Source of the DNA: Minisyncoccota bacterium
Lineage (GTDB): Bacteria; Patescibacteriota; Minisyncoccia; Phycocordibacterales; UBA2100
NCBI GenBank assembly: GCA_022842645.1
Contig: JALHPE010000002.1
Coordinates: forward strand, 149,047 to 213,046
Direction: 5' to 3'
Length of the DNA stretch: 64,000 nucleotides
The translations under genes were made by a program, and so were the position numbers. How positions within the stretch are numbered: position 1 is the stretch's first letter; every line of letters starts with the position of its first letter. The notes beneath the pieces were generated by a model. That model saw only the letters and a list, made by a program, of their open reading frames with translations, had not been told where the DNA came from and made no database searches. This document shows, piece after piece, positions 26,149 to 36,255 of this stretch.

Positions 26149-28749
26149 CTATTTTTTCTTGAGTACCCGCTTCAAATAATGCCCGGTGTGAGAGCCTTTT
26201 GCGTTTGCCACCTGTTCGGGCGTTCCCTTTGCAACAATAGAGCCGCCTCGCGAGCCACCTTCTGGCCCCATGTCGATGAGATAGTCTGCGGATTTTAGAA
26301 CGTCGAGATTATGCTCAATTACTACAACCGAATTCCCACGATCGACAAGGCGCTGGAGAATCTCGATAAGCTTCGCCACATCATCGTAATGAAGCCCCAC
26401 CGTTGGTTCATCTAGGAGATACATCGTTTTGTTCTGGAGGGGACGATAGAGTTCTGAGGCGATTTTCACACGCTGCGCTTCGCCGCCCGAGAGCGTCGTC
26501 GCGCTCTGCCCGAGCTCAAGATAGCCAAGCCCCACATCAGAAAGTGTTTTGATGCGGTCAGAAATTGCGGGGATGTCTTCAAAGAACGCGAGCGCTTCTT
26601 CGACCGTCATCTTCAAAATATCGTGAATGCTTTTTTTCTTGTATTTCACTTCAAGCGTCTCCTTCATAAAACGCTTTCCATTGCAGACGTCGCACGTCAC
26701 ATAGACTGTCGGCAAAAAGTGCATTTCGACCGCAATGAGACCATTTCCTTCGCATGTCTCACATCGCCCGCCTTTTCTGTTGAATGAAAATCGCCCCGGC
26801 CCCCAACCACGCGCACGCGCCTCCTCGCTCATCGCAAAAAGATCGCGAATGTGCGTCCACGCACCGGTGTAGGTGGCTGGATTTGAACGGGGAGTTCGTC
26901 CGATTGGTGATTGATCGATGAGAATGGCGCGAGAGAGATACTCAGTGCCGGAGAATTCAGCGACGTTGTAGAGCTTTGCGGTGCGATAGCGTTTATCAAA
27001 CCGCGCCTGCATGTTGCGATGCAGAATTTCGTAGAGAAACGTGGATTTCCCCGAGCCTGAGACGCCAGAAATGACCACAAGCTTACCCAGGGGAATATCT
27101 ACATCCTGGTTTTTAATTGAAAATTTATTCGCGCCGCGAATTTTTAACTTGCCTTTATCTTGGCTACGACGCTCTTTCGGCACCTCGACGGACGCTTCCT
27201 CGCGAAGGTACGCGAGCGTACGCGAACCACTTTTGTTTGTCTTTGCCGTAAGCAAATCCTCAAGCCAGCCAGAAGCGACGATGTTTCCGCCGTGAATACC
27301 CGCGCCCGGACCAATATCCACAATGTAGTCCGATGCAAAAATAGTGTCTTCGTCGTGCTCAACAACAAGAACAGTGTTTCCCAAATCGCGCAGGCGCTGA
27401 AGGGTTTTTATGAGGCGTTCGTTATCACGCTGATGAAGCCCGATTGTCGGTTCATCTAACACATACAAGGCGCCCACGAGCCCACTTCCGAGCTGCGAGG
27501 CAAGACGAATACGCTGTGCTTCGCCGCCGGAGAGCGTGGAGGCTCTACGATCGAGCGTGAGGTATTCGATGCCCACGTTGAGCATAAACTGAATACGGCT
27601 TGTAATTTCTTTAATGACTGCCTTTGATATTTCTTTTTCTTTTTCGGAAAGACTCAGTCCATCAAAAAATTTCTTCGCGTCTTCGATAGACATGGAAACT
27701 ATTTCCACGATATTCTTTCGCCCCTCTTCCTTTCCCTCCTTGGTTTTAAGAAAGACATGAAGCGCTTCAGAACGAAGGCGGGCACCATTACATGCCTCAC
27801 AAGGCTCGTCGCCCCACACGTATTTCGTGCCGAGTCCATTACACGTAGGGCATGCGCCATACGGCGAGTTGAATGAAAAGAGACGTGGCTCCACTTCCGG
27901 AAATGAAAAGCCGTCGTATGGGCACATGAACTTCGCCGAGACAATGCGCTCTGCACCATTTGGCTCGACAATCTTGACCAACCCTTCCGACTCACTGAGC
28001 GCACGTTCAATCGCTTCCGAGACGCGTTCGTGCGCCGCTTTCGGATCATCGGCAAATTCGCTCACAAAAAGCTCGTCAACGACGATATCGATGGAGTGCT
28101 TGAAATGCTTTTTAAGCTCAATACGCTCGCGGAGCGAGTGCTCTTTTCCATCCACGACCGCCTTCTCGAACCCCTTGTTCAGCATGTCGTAGAGGAGTTG
28201 GTAATACTCGCCTTTTCGCCCCACCACAACGGGCGCAAGAATGCGCACTTTTGCTTTCGTCACGCCCGCGGTGAGCGCGTTCGGATTCGCTTTCTTTAAA
28301 TTCTTACTGGTGGTTTCCACAATTTTTACCACCGACTCAAGAATCTCTTCGTTTGAGAGTTTGCGCACTTCCCTGTCGCAGGTAGGACAATGCGGGTGCC
28401 CGATGCGCGAGTAAAGCACGCGCAGGTAGTCATAAATTTCTGTAATAGTTGCCACCGTCGAACGCGGATTGTTAGAGCGTGATTTTTGGTCAATAGAAAT
28501 TGCGGGAGAAAGTCCAGAAATTTCGTCCACATCCGGTTTTTGCATCTGCCGGAGGAATTGGCGCGCGTAGGCGGAGAGAGACTCCACATATTTGCGCTGA
28601 CCCTCGGCGAAAATGGTATCGAATGCCAGAGACGACTTTCCGCTTCCGGAAAGCCCCGTGAACACCACCATTTTATTGCGCGGCACTTCAACACTCACGT
28701 TTTTGAGGTTGTGAGTCCGCGCACCTTTGACAATGATTTTGTCTTCCAT
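26149..28749 (-). CDS. uvrA: excinuclease ABC subunit A
   Basis: GARTHNLKN, two ABC domains (LSGGEAQR twice), zinc fingers. Confidence 0.97.
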   Translation of the reverse strand: MEDKIIVKGARTHNLKNVSVEVPRNKMVVFTGLSGSGKSSLAFDTIFAEGQRKYVESLSAYARQFLRQMQKPDVDEISGLSPAISIDQKSRSNNPRSTVATITEIYDYLRVLYSRIGHPHCPTCDREVRKLSNEEILESVVKIVETTSKNLKKANPNALTAGVTKAKVRILAPVVVGRKGEYYQLLYDMLNKGFEKAVVDGKEHSLRERIELKKHFKHSIDIVVDELFVSEFADDPKAAHERVSEAIERALSESEGLVKIVEPNGAERIVSAKFMCPYDGFSFPEVEPRLFSFNSPYGACPTCNGLGTKYVWGDEPCEACNGARLRSEALHVFLKTKEGKEEGRKNIVEIVSMSIEDAKKFFDGLSLSEKEKEISKAVIKEITSRIQFMLNVGIEYLTLDRRASTLSGGEAQRIRLASQLGSGLVGALYVLDEPTIGLHQRDNERLIKTLQRLRDLGNTVLVVEHDEDTIFASDYIVDIGPGAGIHGGNIVASGWLEDLLTAKTNKSGSRTLAYLREEASVEVPKERRSQDKGKLKIRGANKFSIKNQDVDIPLGKLVVISGVSGSGKSTFLYEILHRNMQARFDKRYRTAKLYNVAEFSGTEYLSRAILIDQSPIGRTPRSNPATYTGAWTHIRDLFAMSEEARARGWGPGRFSFNRKGGRCETCEGNGLIAVEMHFLPTVYVTCDVCNGKRFMKETLEVKYKKKSIHDILKMTVEEALAFFEDIPAISDRIKTLSDVGLGYLELGQSATTLSGGEAQRVKIASELYRPLQNKTMYLLDEPTVGLHYDDVAKLIEILQRLVDRGNSVVVIEHNLDVLKSADYLIDMGPEGGSRGGSIVAKGTPEQVANAKGSHTGHYLKRVLKKK

Positions 28750-28835
28750 GTAAATCCGCCCCCTCGTTCGAGATAGGGGGTAGGTGCAAAGATTATACCA
28801 TAAACCCGGACGCTCTGCGCCCGGGTTTATTTTTT

Positions 28836-29003
28836 CTATTTCGTAGCAATACGAGCAATTTGTTGCACTGCCCGAATCTGTATAAGGGCGGGGCTCCACT
28901 GCGTGACTGTTGTCGCGATTGTAGTTGCAACAATGCGCACAGAAGTGTTTGCAAGAACTACCACAGAGGCAGACATCATCAATGTTTCTCTTCGTGTCAA
29001 CAT
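28836..29003 (-). CDS. small protein with twin-arginine-like N-terminus (55 aa)
   Basis: SD GGGAG; MLTRRETLMMSASVVVLA; followed by a hairpin near 28800-28830. Confidence 0.4.
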   Translation of the reverse strand: MLTRRETLMMSASVVVLANTSVRIVATTIATTVTQWSPALIQIRAVQQIARIATK

Positions 29004-29061
29004 CGGTTTTCTCCCTGTTGCTTCCGGAAGTCTAGTATGGCTAGAGAAACGGGTCAATATT

Positions 29062-29973
29062 TCAAAGCACCACCGCTTCCTCCTGCAGAACAACTTCGAA
29101 CTGATCTTTCACCGCTTTCTTTATCTTCTCCGCAAGTTCTCGCACCTCACTCGCCTTTGCTGAACCGGATTCATTTACCAGATAATTAGGATGCATCGTG
29201 CTTGAGAGTGCACCGCCGACGCGAGCACCTTTCATACCCGCTTTTTCAATAAGCCACCCTGCGGGCACCCGCCCGCCACGACTTTGCATTCCCTTCTCAG
29301 ATTCAAACTTGGCAACAACTGCGGCAGACGCGACCGGATTCATAAAATACGAACCTGCGGCTCGCACATTCTGAATATGGCGCTTCTCGCGCTCCGCTAT
29401 TGTTTCGTCGATGAGATGTTTCTGTGGTTCTCCGAGCGCCACACGTACACGAAGTATGAGAAGTTCCGGATGCTTTTTGAAATGACTCGTGCGGTACTCA
29501 AACGCACATTCAGTGTTCGAGAATTCATGTATCTCAAGTGTGTTCGTATCCAATACTTGCACCCACGTAACGAAATCTTTTATTTCAGAACCAAACGCTC
29601 CCGCATTCCCTCGCACAGCGCCTCCTAAGGAGCCGGGAATCCCCGAAAGTTTCTCGCACCCACCTAAACCTTCTCCAGCTGCCGCGCAAATAAGTGAAAG
29701 CAAATTACACCCCGCGTCTGCCTCAAGGGTTCTCTCAACAAAACTAAAAGCACTGCTCACAATATGAATTACAAGCCCGTTAAAGCCCTCGTCAGGAATA
29801 AGGAGATTACTTCCGCCCCCCATCACAAAGAATTTCTCGCCATGCTCACGCGCCCAAAGAATCGCCTCGCGAATCTCCTCTTCATTCTTGACCTCCACAA
29901 AATACTTCGCCGCCCCGCCGATCTGGAAGGTGGTGAGATTAGAAAGTGGCTTGTTTTCTATGATATTGAGCAT
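29062..29973 (-). CDS. murB: UDP-N-acetylenolpyruvoylglucosamine reductase
   Basis: TTFQIGG.A, GGGSNLL, GIPGSLGGAVRGNAGAFG, AGSYFMNP. Confidence 0.95.
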   Translation of the reverse strand: MLNIIENKPLSNLTTFQIGGAAKYFVEVKNEEEIREAILWAREHGEKFFVMGGGSNLLIPDEGFNGLVIHIVSSAFSFVERTLEADAGCNLLSLICAAAGEGLGGCEKLSGIPGSLGGAVRGNAGAFGSEIKDFVTWVQVLDTNTLEIHEFSNTECAFEYRTSHFKKHPELLILRVRVALGEPQKHLIDETIAEREKRHIQNVRAAGSYFMNPVASAAVVAKFESEKGMQSRGGRVPAGWLIEKAGMKGARVGGALSSTMHPNYLVNESGSAKASEVRELAEKIKKAVKDQFEVVLQEEAVVL

Positions 29974-29975
29974 AT

Positions 29976-31994
29976 TTATTTCTTCGCCTCCAATTTCCGC
30001 AATTCATCACGAATGAGCGCCGCGGTTTCAAAATCCAATCGATCTGATGCCTCGTGCATTTCCAGACGCTTCTGTTTGATGAGTTTTTTCACGTCTCCTC
30101 CGAACGCATTCTTGTCGAGTTCGGCGAGTTGACCGACTGCCTTTTCCCGAGCACGCTGAATGTCGCCGATGATGTCGTGGATTTTCTTCGCGACGGTTTT
30201 CGGTGTGATGTTGTGCTTCGTATTGTAGGCAATTTGTTTTTCACGACGGCGATTCGTTTCCCCAATCGCACGCTCCATAGAGCCGGTCATATTATCTGCG
30301 TACAAAATGACCCGACCGAGAACGTTGCGCGCCGCGCGACCGATTGTTTGAATGAGCGAGGTCTCAGAGCGCAGGAACCCTTCTTTATCAGCATCGAGGA
30401 TGGCGACGAGCTCCACCTCGGGAAGGTCGAGTCCTTCGCGCAGGAGATTCACACCCACAATGACATCAAAAAGACCCTTTCTAAAATCGGTGAGTGTCTC
30501 GATGCGCTCAATGGTCTTCACGTCCGAGTGAATATAGCGCGCGTTGATTTTTTTCTCTTTCAGGAATTCATTCAAATCCTCTGCCATTTTTTTGGTAAGG
30601 ACAGTCACCATCGAGCGCCCGCCGCGCTTCGTAACGATTTCCGCTTCGCGAATAAAATCGCGCACCTGTCCTTCGTAGTCGCCCTTTGCAACGATGGGAC
30701 GCAGAACGATTTCGGGATCAATGAGTCCTGTCGGGCGGATAATCATCTCGGTCATCTTTCCGCTTTTCTCTATCTCGTATTTTCCTGGTGTCGCCGAAGT
30801 ATAAATAGTCTGCCCTGTCTCTTTCAAAAATTCGTCGAATTTGAGTGGGCGATTATCAACCGCGCTCGGAAGGCGAAAACCGTGCTCGATGAGGGTGAGC
30901 TTGCGCGCCCGATCCCCCGCATACATGGCTCCAATCTGGGGCACCGTGACGTGTGATTCATCGATGATGGTGAGGAAATCCGCTGTACCGTCGGGTTTGT
31001 GCGGAAAATAGCTTAGCAGCGTGTAGGACGGCTCACCCGGCTTTCGGCGGTCGAAATGCCGTGAGTAGTTTTCAATACCATTACAGAATCCAAATTCCTT
31101 TATCATCGCCACATCTTGTCGGGTGCGGCGTTTGAGGCGTTCTGCTTCGAGAATCTTTTTATCTCTATCCAGCTCCTTGAGGCGTTCCTTCAACTCTGCC
31201 TCAATGTCTGCCACCGCCGCATCAACGACGTCTTTTGGCGTCACATACTGCTTTGCGGGAAATAGAAATATCTCAGGAAGTTCTGAAGAGATCGCACGCG
31301 TGATGTGATCCATCTCTTCTATCTTAGAAATAACGCCGCCTGTTAGATCAATGCGCAAAATCACCCGAAGCCCGGCGGGCATAATCTCGACATAGGAACC
31401 AAGCGCACGGAATGTGCCAGGCGAAAGGTCACCGGTAGTCCGCTCGAAGTACATCGAGATGAGCTTTCGTGTGAACGCAGCACGCGTCATCGGCTCACCC
31501 TTCACCAGTTTCAGTATGTACTTTTCGTATTCCCGCGGATTACCGAGGCCGTAAATGCAAGACACTGATGCCACAATGATCACGTCTTTGCGTGTGAGAA
31601 GCGCTTCGGTTGCTGCGTGGCGGAGACGTTCGATGTCTTCGTTGATCATTGCCTCTTTCTCGATGTAGGTGTCCGTCACCGGCATATAGGCTTCCGGTTG
31701 GTAGTAGTCGTAATAAGAAACGAAATAGTGAACGGCATGCTTCGGGAAAAATTCGCGATACTCGGCCGCAAGCTGTGCCGCGAGTGTTTTGTTGTGCGCA
31801 ATAACGAGTGTCGGCTTACCCCATGTTTCTATAACATTCGCAATGGTGTAGGTTTTACCCGATCCGGTGACTCCGAGAAGCGTTTGGTCTCGCTTCCCTG
31901 CGTGCAGCCCCTCAACAAGTGCAGAAATAGCCGCGGGCTGGTCGCCCGCAGGTTTATATCCACTTTCCAGATTAAAGAGTGATTGCGCTTTCAC
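29976..31994 (-). CDS. uvrB: excinuclease ABC subunit B
   Basis: GVTGSGKT, YFVSYYDYYQPEAY, DESH, QTIGRAARN. Confidence 0.97.
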   Translation of the reverse strand: MKAQSLFNLESGYKPAGDQPAAISALVEGLHAGKRDQTLLGVTGSGKTYTIANVIETWGKPTLVIAHNKTLAAQLAAEYREFFPKHAVHYFVSYYDYYQPEAYMPVTDTYIEKEAMINEDIERLRHAATEALLTRKDVIIVASVSCIYGLGNPREYEKYILKLVKGEPMTRAAFTRKLISMYFERTTGDLSPGTFRALGSYVEIMPAGLRVILRIDLTGGVISKIEEMDHITRAISSELPEIFLFPAKQYVTPKDVVDAAVADIEAELKERLKELDRDKKILEAERLKRRTRQDVAMIKEFGFCNGIENYSRHFDRRKPGEPSYTLLSYFPHKPDGTADFLTIIDESHVTVPQIGAMYAGDRARKLTLIEHGFRLPSAVDNRPLKFDEFLKETGQTIYTSATPGKYEIEKSGKMTEMIIRPTGLIDPEIVLRPIVAKGDYEGQVRDFIREAEIVTKRGGRSMVTVLTKKMAEDLNEFLKEKKINARYIHSDVKTIERIETLTDFRKGLFDVIVGVNLLREGLDLPEVELVAILDADKEGFLRSETSLIQTIGRAARNVLGRVILYADNMTGSMERAIGETNRRREKQIAYNTKHNITPKTVAKKIHDIIGDIQRAREKAVGQLAELDKNAFGGDVKKLIKQKRLEMHEASDRLDFETAALIRDELRKLEAKK

Positions 31995-32044
31995 GATAGC
32001 AATGGTATTTCTTTTGTAGGCTTAGCGCAACGAGGGAGCGTGCT

Positions 32045-32218
32045 ATGACTCGTCATAAAAAGCCTAAAAAACTAAAAGGAGATCGGGTAGATATAAGTAT
32101 TTTAAAAGCATCTGATTTCCCCAATGCACCTCCGCTCCTTGCACGCATGTATGCAGGAACGGTTGCGCATACGGTGAAAGCAAAACGCTACGCACAGGTA
32201 GCAGACGGCCATGACTAG
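32045..32218 (+). CDS. small hypothetical protein (57 aa)
   Basis: SD GAGGGAG; MTRHKKPKKLKGDRVDISILK...; hairpin and T tract downstream. Confidence 0.4.
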   Translation: MTRHKKPKKLKGDRVDISILKASDFPNAPPLLARMYAGTVAHTVKAKRYAQVADGHD

Positions 32219-32253
32219 ATTTCGGCGACCCTATGTGGGTCGCCTCTTCTTTT

Positions 32254-33501
32254 CTACTCTAAAACCAATACGGCAACGTTCTTCTTGCCTCTCCTTACAA
32301 GCGCAAGACCACTTTCGAAATCAGATTCCTCAAGTACGCGTTCAAGATCCTGTACTACCGTGCTTCCGAGTGTTATTGCACCATCTTCGATGAATTGCCG
32401 TGCTTCGCGCTTCGAAGACGCAAGGCCAGATTCCACAAGCACATCAATGATTGATTTACCGAGCTTGATGCCCGTACTTGGTGCTTCTTCAGCAAGCAAC
32501 GCACGCGCTTCTTTTGACACTTCAGCAAGCGACCTCTCCCCAAAGAGCATCGCGGACACACTCGCCGCATTCTCTGCCGACTCACCACCATGCACGAGTG
32601 TGGTTACCGCACGTGCAAGCTCTTTCTGCGCCGTACGCGTGCCGGGAGAAGCGCGATGCGCGGTCATAATACTTTCTACTTCATGATACGGGAGGAGCGT
32701 GAGCTTCAAGAGTAACTCCTCGATCGCGTCGTCTTCAACGTTCAAAAAGAATTGGAAAAATTGATACGGAGACGTCTTTTTCGGATCAAGCCAGATGGCA
32801 CCTTGTTCGCTCTTTCCGAATTTCTTGCCAGTTGATTTGTTCACAATAAGCGGCCAGGTGAGGGCAAAAACTTCTTTCCCCTCTTTCCGTCGAATAAATT
32901 CGACGCCGGCAAGAATGTTTGACCACTGATCTGAACCGCCCACTTGTACATCGACCCCGTGTTCCTGATTCAAATGCAAAAAGTCGTAGCCCTGCAGAAG
33001 TGAGTAACTAAACTCGGTGAAAGAAATGGGAGACTCGGCATCAAGACGATTCTTCACGATGTCTTTTTTGATCATCGCATTTACGGTGAAGTGTTTGCCG
33101 ATGTCGCGGAGGAACGGCAGGAGTTTGAGTTTCGAGAGCCACTCCGCATTATTCACCTCGATAAAATCAGATGAGCCAAATACTTGGCGAATTTGTTTTG
33201 CAACGGCTTCGGTGTTGTGAGTGATAGTCTCTTCATCCAGCAAATTCCGTTCCTCACTCTTTCCTCCAGGATCGCCTATCATCCCCGTACCCCCTCCGGT
33301 GAGGATCACTACACGATGCCCATCTTCAAGAAAGCGACGAAGCACAAGGAGACCCACGAGATTGCCCACATGAAGAGAGTCTGCGCTTGGATCAATACCG
33401 AGATAGACGGTGCGCTTTTCGCCATCAGTAATCACCTCGAGTGTTTCCGAAGAATATTGATGGACGAGGCCGCGTTCACGAAGAATATGAGAAAGACTCA
33501 T
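32254..33501 (-). CDS. tyrS: tyrosine--tRNA ligase
   Basis: YLGIDPSADSLHVGN, GGSDQW, KFGKS, C-terminal S4-like domain. Confidence 0.97.
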   Translation of the reverse strand: MSLSHILRERGLVHQYSSETLEVITDGEKRTVYLGIDPSADSLHVGNLVGLLVLRRFLEDGHRVVILTGGGTGMIGDPGGKSEERNLLDEETITHNTEAVAKQIRQVFGSSDFIEVNNAEWLSKLKLLPFLRDIGKHFTVNAMIKKDIVKNRLDAESPISFTEFSYSLLQGYDFLHLNQEHGVDVQVGGSDQWSNILAGVEFIRRKEGKEVFALTWPLIVNKSTGKKFGKSEQGAIWLDPKKTSPYQFFQFFLNVEDDAIEELLLKLTLLPYHEVESIMTAHRASPGTRTAQKELARAVTTLVHGGESAENAASVSAMLFGERSLAEVSKEARALLAEEAPSTGIKLGKSIIDVLVESGLASSKREARQFIEDGAITLGSTVVQDLERVLEESDFESGLALVRRGKKNVAVLVLE

Positions 33502-33518
33502 GCGGCGAAATATACCAC

Positions 33519-33723
33519 AAAAAGAGGCTGCGTTACCGCAGCCTGAGTTTCGGAACGAGGGATGTGCCAGTGGTGGCATTCGACTGACGTGAGTCCCCCG
33601 ATCCGTACTACCAAGAGTACCACGAGCATGAAAAAGGGCCGCACACCATTGCGGCCCAGGAGGGAGTCAGGAGTTATCCCGACGAGAGGAGGAAAGTAGT
33701 CGCCGAACCACTTTCCCAACTCC
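33519..33723 (-). ncRNA. candidate small RNA (about 200 nt)
   Basis: TTGACA-17 bp-TATTCT promoter upstream; multiple hairpins; ends in AGGCTGCG-GTAA-CGCAGCCT-CTTTTT. Confidence 0.5.
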
Positions 33724-33755
33724 GTTTTCAAGAATAATTAATCGGTATCATGATG

Positions 33756-34145
33756 TCAAATACGTCGGCGCATGTCTTCGCGAAAACGAACTTCGTGTTC
33801 ATCCATCCCGAAATGGTGGGCGAACTCGTGCCAAATCGTCTCTGCAATCACTTGAGCAACAGGGATGCCGTCTTCTTCTGACGCTTGTTCAATCGACTTT
33901 TTATAGAGCGTAATAGTATCTGGCATCGTACCGCCGATTCCATAGTGTTCACCGCGTTCAGAAAGTGGAATGCCCTGGTAGTAGCCAAGAAGCGTCTCGT
34001 CCGATTCCAATCCCTCCCGTTTTCGCACTTCTTTTGAAGGCTCATCTTCAATGAGGAGTGCAACATTCTTGATTTTCCCTCGCACCCATTCCGGAAGCTT
34101 CGCGTAGCCTTCTGCAATCAAAGTCTCAAAATCGTCTTTTGGCAT
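33756..34145 (-). CDS. zincin-like metallopeptidase
   Basis: LLGYYQGIPL, PDTITLY, HEFAHHFG. Confidence 0.85.
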   Translation of the reverse strand: MPKDDFETLIAEGYAKLPEWVRGKIKNVALLIEDEPSKEVRKREGLESDETLLGYYQGIPLSERGEHYGIGGTMPDTITLYKKSIEQASEEDGIPVAQVIAETIWHEFAHHFGMDEHEVRFREDMRRRI

Positions 34146-34197
34146 GCACACCACTCTACAAAACAAACCGCCCAGCGCAAAGACTGGGCGGTCAGGT

Positions 34198-34752
34198 TCA
34201 TGAGATATATCCATGCGCACGCATGAGGGGTGCGAATGTCTTTTCCCGATATTCTCGCTTATGCGCATAATACACTGTGGCTTTCTCGGCGGTGATGATG
34301 TGTGGAGAAAGTCGGAGTGCAGTGATAAGCATGTAATATACCGCACGCGCAGTCCTGCCATTTGCACTCTTGAAAGGCTCGAGGGAAATGATGAAATCGT
34401 GCTGATCCCATACCCAGGCACGTTGTCGCTCTTCATCCCACCTCATGACGCGCACAATGTCCCTCTGCACCCCAAACCACCACATAAGCAACAATGTCCT
34501 CACATACCGCGCATCAGGCAAGTATTCAGCTTCCGCCGCGCGCGTTCCCCGACGATACTGGGCGCGTTCGCGATGTCCGCAGAGGTCCATGTTTATGATG
34601 AGCGGATGCGTGAGTGCACCTGTCGTGCAACTCAGAATATCCCGCAATATGCGACAGTGTAGATTAAATTGCTCGTCGTGTTTTTGTGGATCAAATCCAC
34701 TGATGAGCGCACTCTCCCGAGCCGCTTCTTCCGCGATGCTTTTCCAATCCAT
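34198..34752 (-). CDS. hypothetical protein
   Basis: SD AAGGAG before MDWKSIAEE; fills the gap. Confidence 0.55.
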   Translation of the reverse strand: MDWKSIAEEAARESALISGFDPQKHDEQFNLHCRILRDILSCTTGALTHPLIINMDLCGHRERAQYRRGTRAAEAEYLPDARYVRTLLLMWWFGVQRDIVRVMRWDEERQRAWVWDQHDFIISLEPFKSANGRTARAVYYMLITALRLSPHIITAEKATVYYAHKREYREKTFAPLMRAHGYIS

Positions 34753-34820
34753 GCCTGATTCTCCTTCTAGTTTCTGGAACAGATCTGCATCCACTCTAGC
34801 CAAGAGAAACTATTCGTCAA

Positions 34821-35372
34821 CTAATGATTTGAACTAACCAATTCTGCAAAACGCTTTCGTACTTTTTCAAGCTTTGGCTCGATAACCAGTTGGCAGTAGG
34901 GCGCAGAAGTGTTTGAGGTGTAATAATTTTTGTGATAATCCTCTGCTGGAAAAAAGTCCCCGGGCGCTGACGCAAGTGGAACTACCTGCGTCACCACACG
35001 CGTGCCGTCATGGAGCGATTCGTTTACGCTTTCAATTATGCGTTCCGCAGAACGCTTCTCATCGTCGGTCTCATAAAAAATCACGGAGCGATACTGTTCG
35101 CCCACATCATTACCTTGTCTATGTGGCGTCGTGGGATCATGTGAACCGAAAAAGACCGTGAGGAGGTCATCATACGAAATCCGCGCCGGATCGTACGTAA
35201 CCCGAACAACTTCTGCATGCCCCGTATCTCCCCTACTGACCTCTTCGTAATTCGGGCTCATCACGAATCCGCCAGCGTAACCCGGCTCCACATGTACGAC
35301 ACCTTTCAACATCTTGAAGACTGCCTCAGTACACCAAAAACATCCCCCACCGAAAATTGCAGTGCGCATCAT
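34821..35372 (-). CDS. msrA: peptide-methionine (S)-S-oxide reductase
   Basis: GGGCFWC, GHAEVV, RQGNDVGEQYRS, AEDYH. Confidence 0.95.
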   Translation of the reverse strand: MMRTAIFGGGCFWCTEAVFKMLKGVVHVEPGYAGGFVMSPNYEEVSRGDTGHAEVVRVTYDPARISYDDLLTVFFGSHDPTTPHRQGNDVGEQYRSVIFYETDDEKRSAERIIESVNESLHDGTRVVTQVVPLASAPGDFFPAEDYHKNYYTSNTSAPYCQLVIEPKLEKVRKRFAELVSSNH

Positions 35373-36253
35373 GTCTTCAGTGTAGAGACTTTATACATGG
35401 CATACAAGAGGACGAAAGCTGCGAGGTACTGACTCCAAGCGAGTACCGTACCATAAAGAACATAATCGACACCAACGGCAATGGTGGGATACGCAAGCTC
35501 CATAATCGTCGCAACAGCAACCGGAGTTGTTTGCAATCCTTTGTAGTAAATAAACAGTGCCACCATACCGGTTGAGAATGCGATGAGTGTGAGAATTGCG
35601 TATTGTGTATCAGACACCGTCAAAAGCGAGGGGGCGGCATCAAGCGCGAAAAGAAAGATGAGCGCAATGGGTACTGTAATAAGAAATCGAAGGCCGGTAA
35701 TAAAAAGTGGTGAGTGATTCAGAAGTGTGAGACGAGAGAGTGCTGTGGAACCACCCCAACATGCGGCGGCGGCGAGTGCAAGAAGCGCCGCTGTCACGTG
35801 TGCGCCATCACTCGCAAGATTAACAACGCCGAATGGGAACGTAACAAAATATCCTGCCACAAGTGCAAGAGCTGCCCAACCAAGATACGAACGCGACACC
35901 CTCTCACCCAGTACGAGCCAGGCCACTAAGACGGCAAAAAGCGGCTGAAGTTTTTGGAGGAGAATAACAACGGAAAATGATATGAAATTAACCTGAAGGA
36001 GTGCCGTAGTGAAAAAGAGTGTACCGAGCACACCAGAAAACAATGCGACAATACCAAGTGCACCCCACTCTTTTCTTGTAAGCACTTCTTTCTTCCACGT
36101 GCGAAAAAGAAAAGGCGCGAGGATAATGAGCCCAATCACGTGTTCAAGAAGTACGATTGTGATTGGTGGGAGCGAGTAGAGCGAGCGGCGCAGGACGCCA
36201 TCCAAACCCCACAAAATGGCCGCAATAAGAATGAGAATCGCGCCGTACTGCAT
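35369..36253 (-). CDS. DMT/EamA family transporter
   Basis: Ten TMs in two repeats; LGER motif. Confidence 0.85.
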   Translation of the reverse strand: MQYGAILILIAAILWGLDGVLRRSLYSLPPITIVLLEHVIGLIILAPFLFRTWKKEVLTRKEWGALGIVALFSGVLGTLFFTTALLQVNFISFSVVILLQKLQPLFAVLVAWLVLGERVSRSYLGWAALALVAGYFVTFPFGVVNLASDGAHVTAALLALAAAACWGGSTALSRLTLLNHSPLFITGLRFLITVPIALIFLFALDAAPSLLTVSDTQYAILTLIAFSTGMVALFIYYKGLQTTPVAVATIMELAYPTIAVGVDYVLYGTVLAWSQYLAAFVLLYAMYKVSTLKT

Positions 36254-36255
36254 GA

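Noticed and set aside
33519-33723. T-box riboswitch for tyrS, or 6S RNA
   Set aside because: No GGTGG.ACC T-box motif found, and the manual fold is multibranched rather than a 6S-like rod. Kept only as an unassigned ncRNA candidate.
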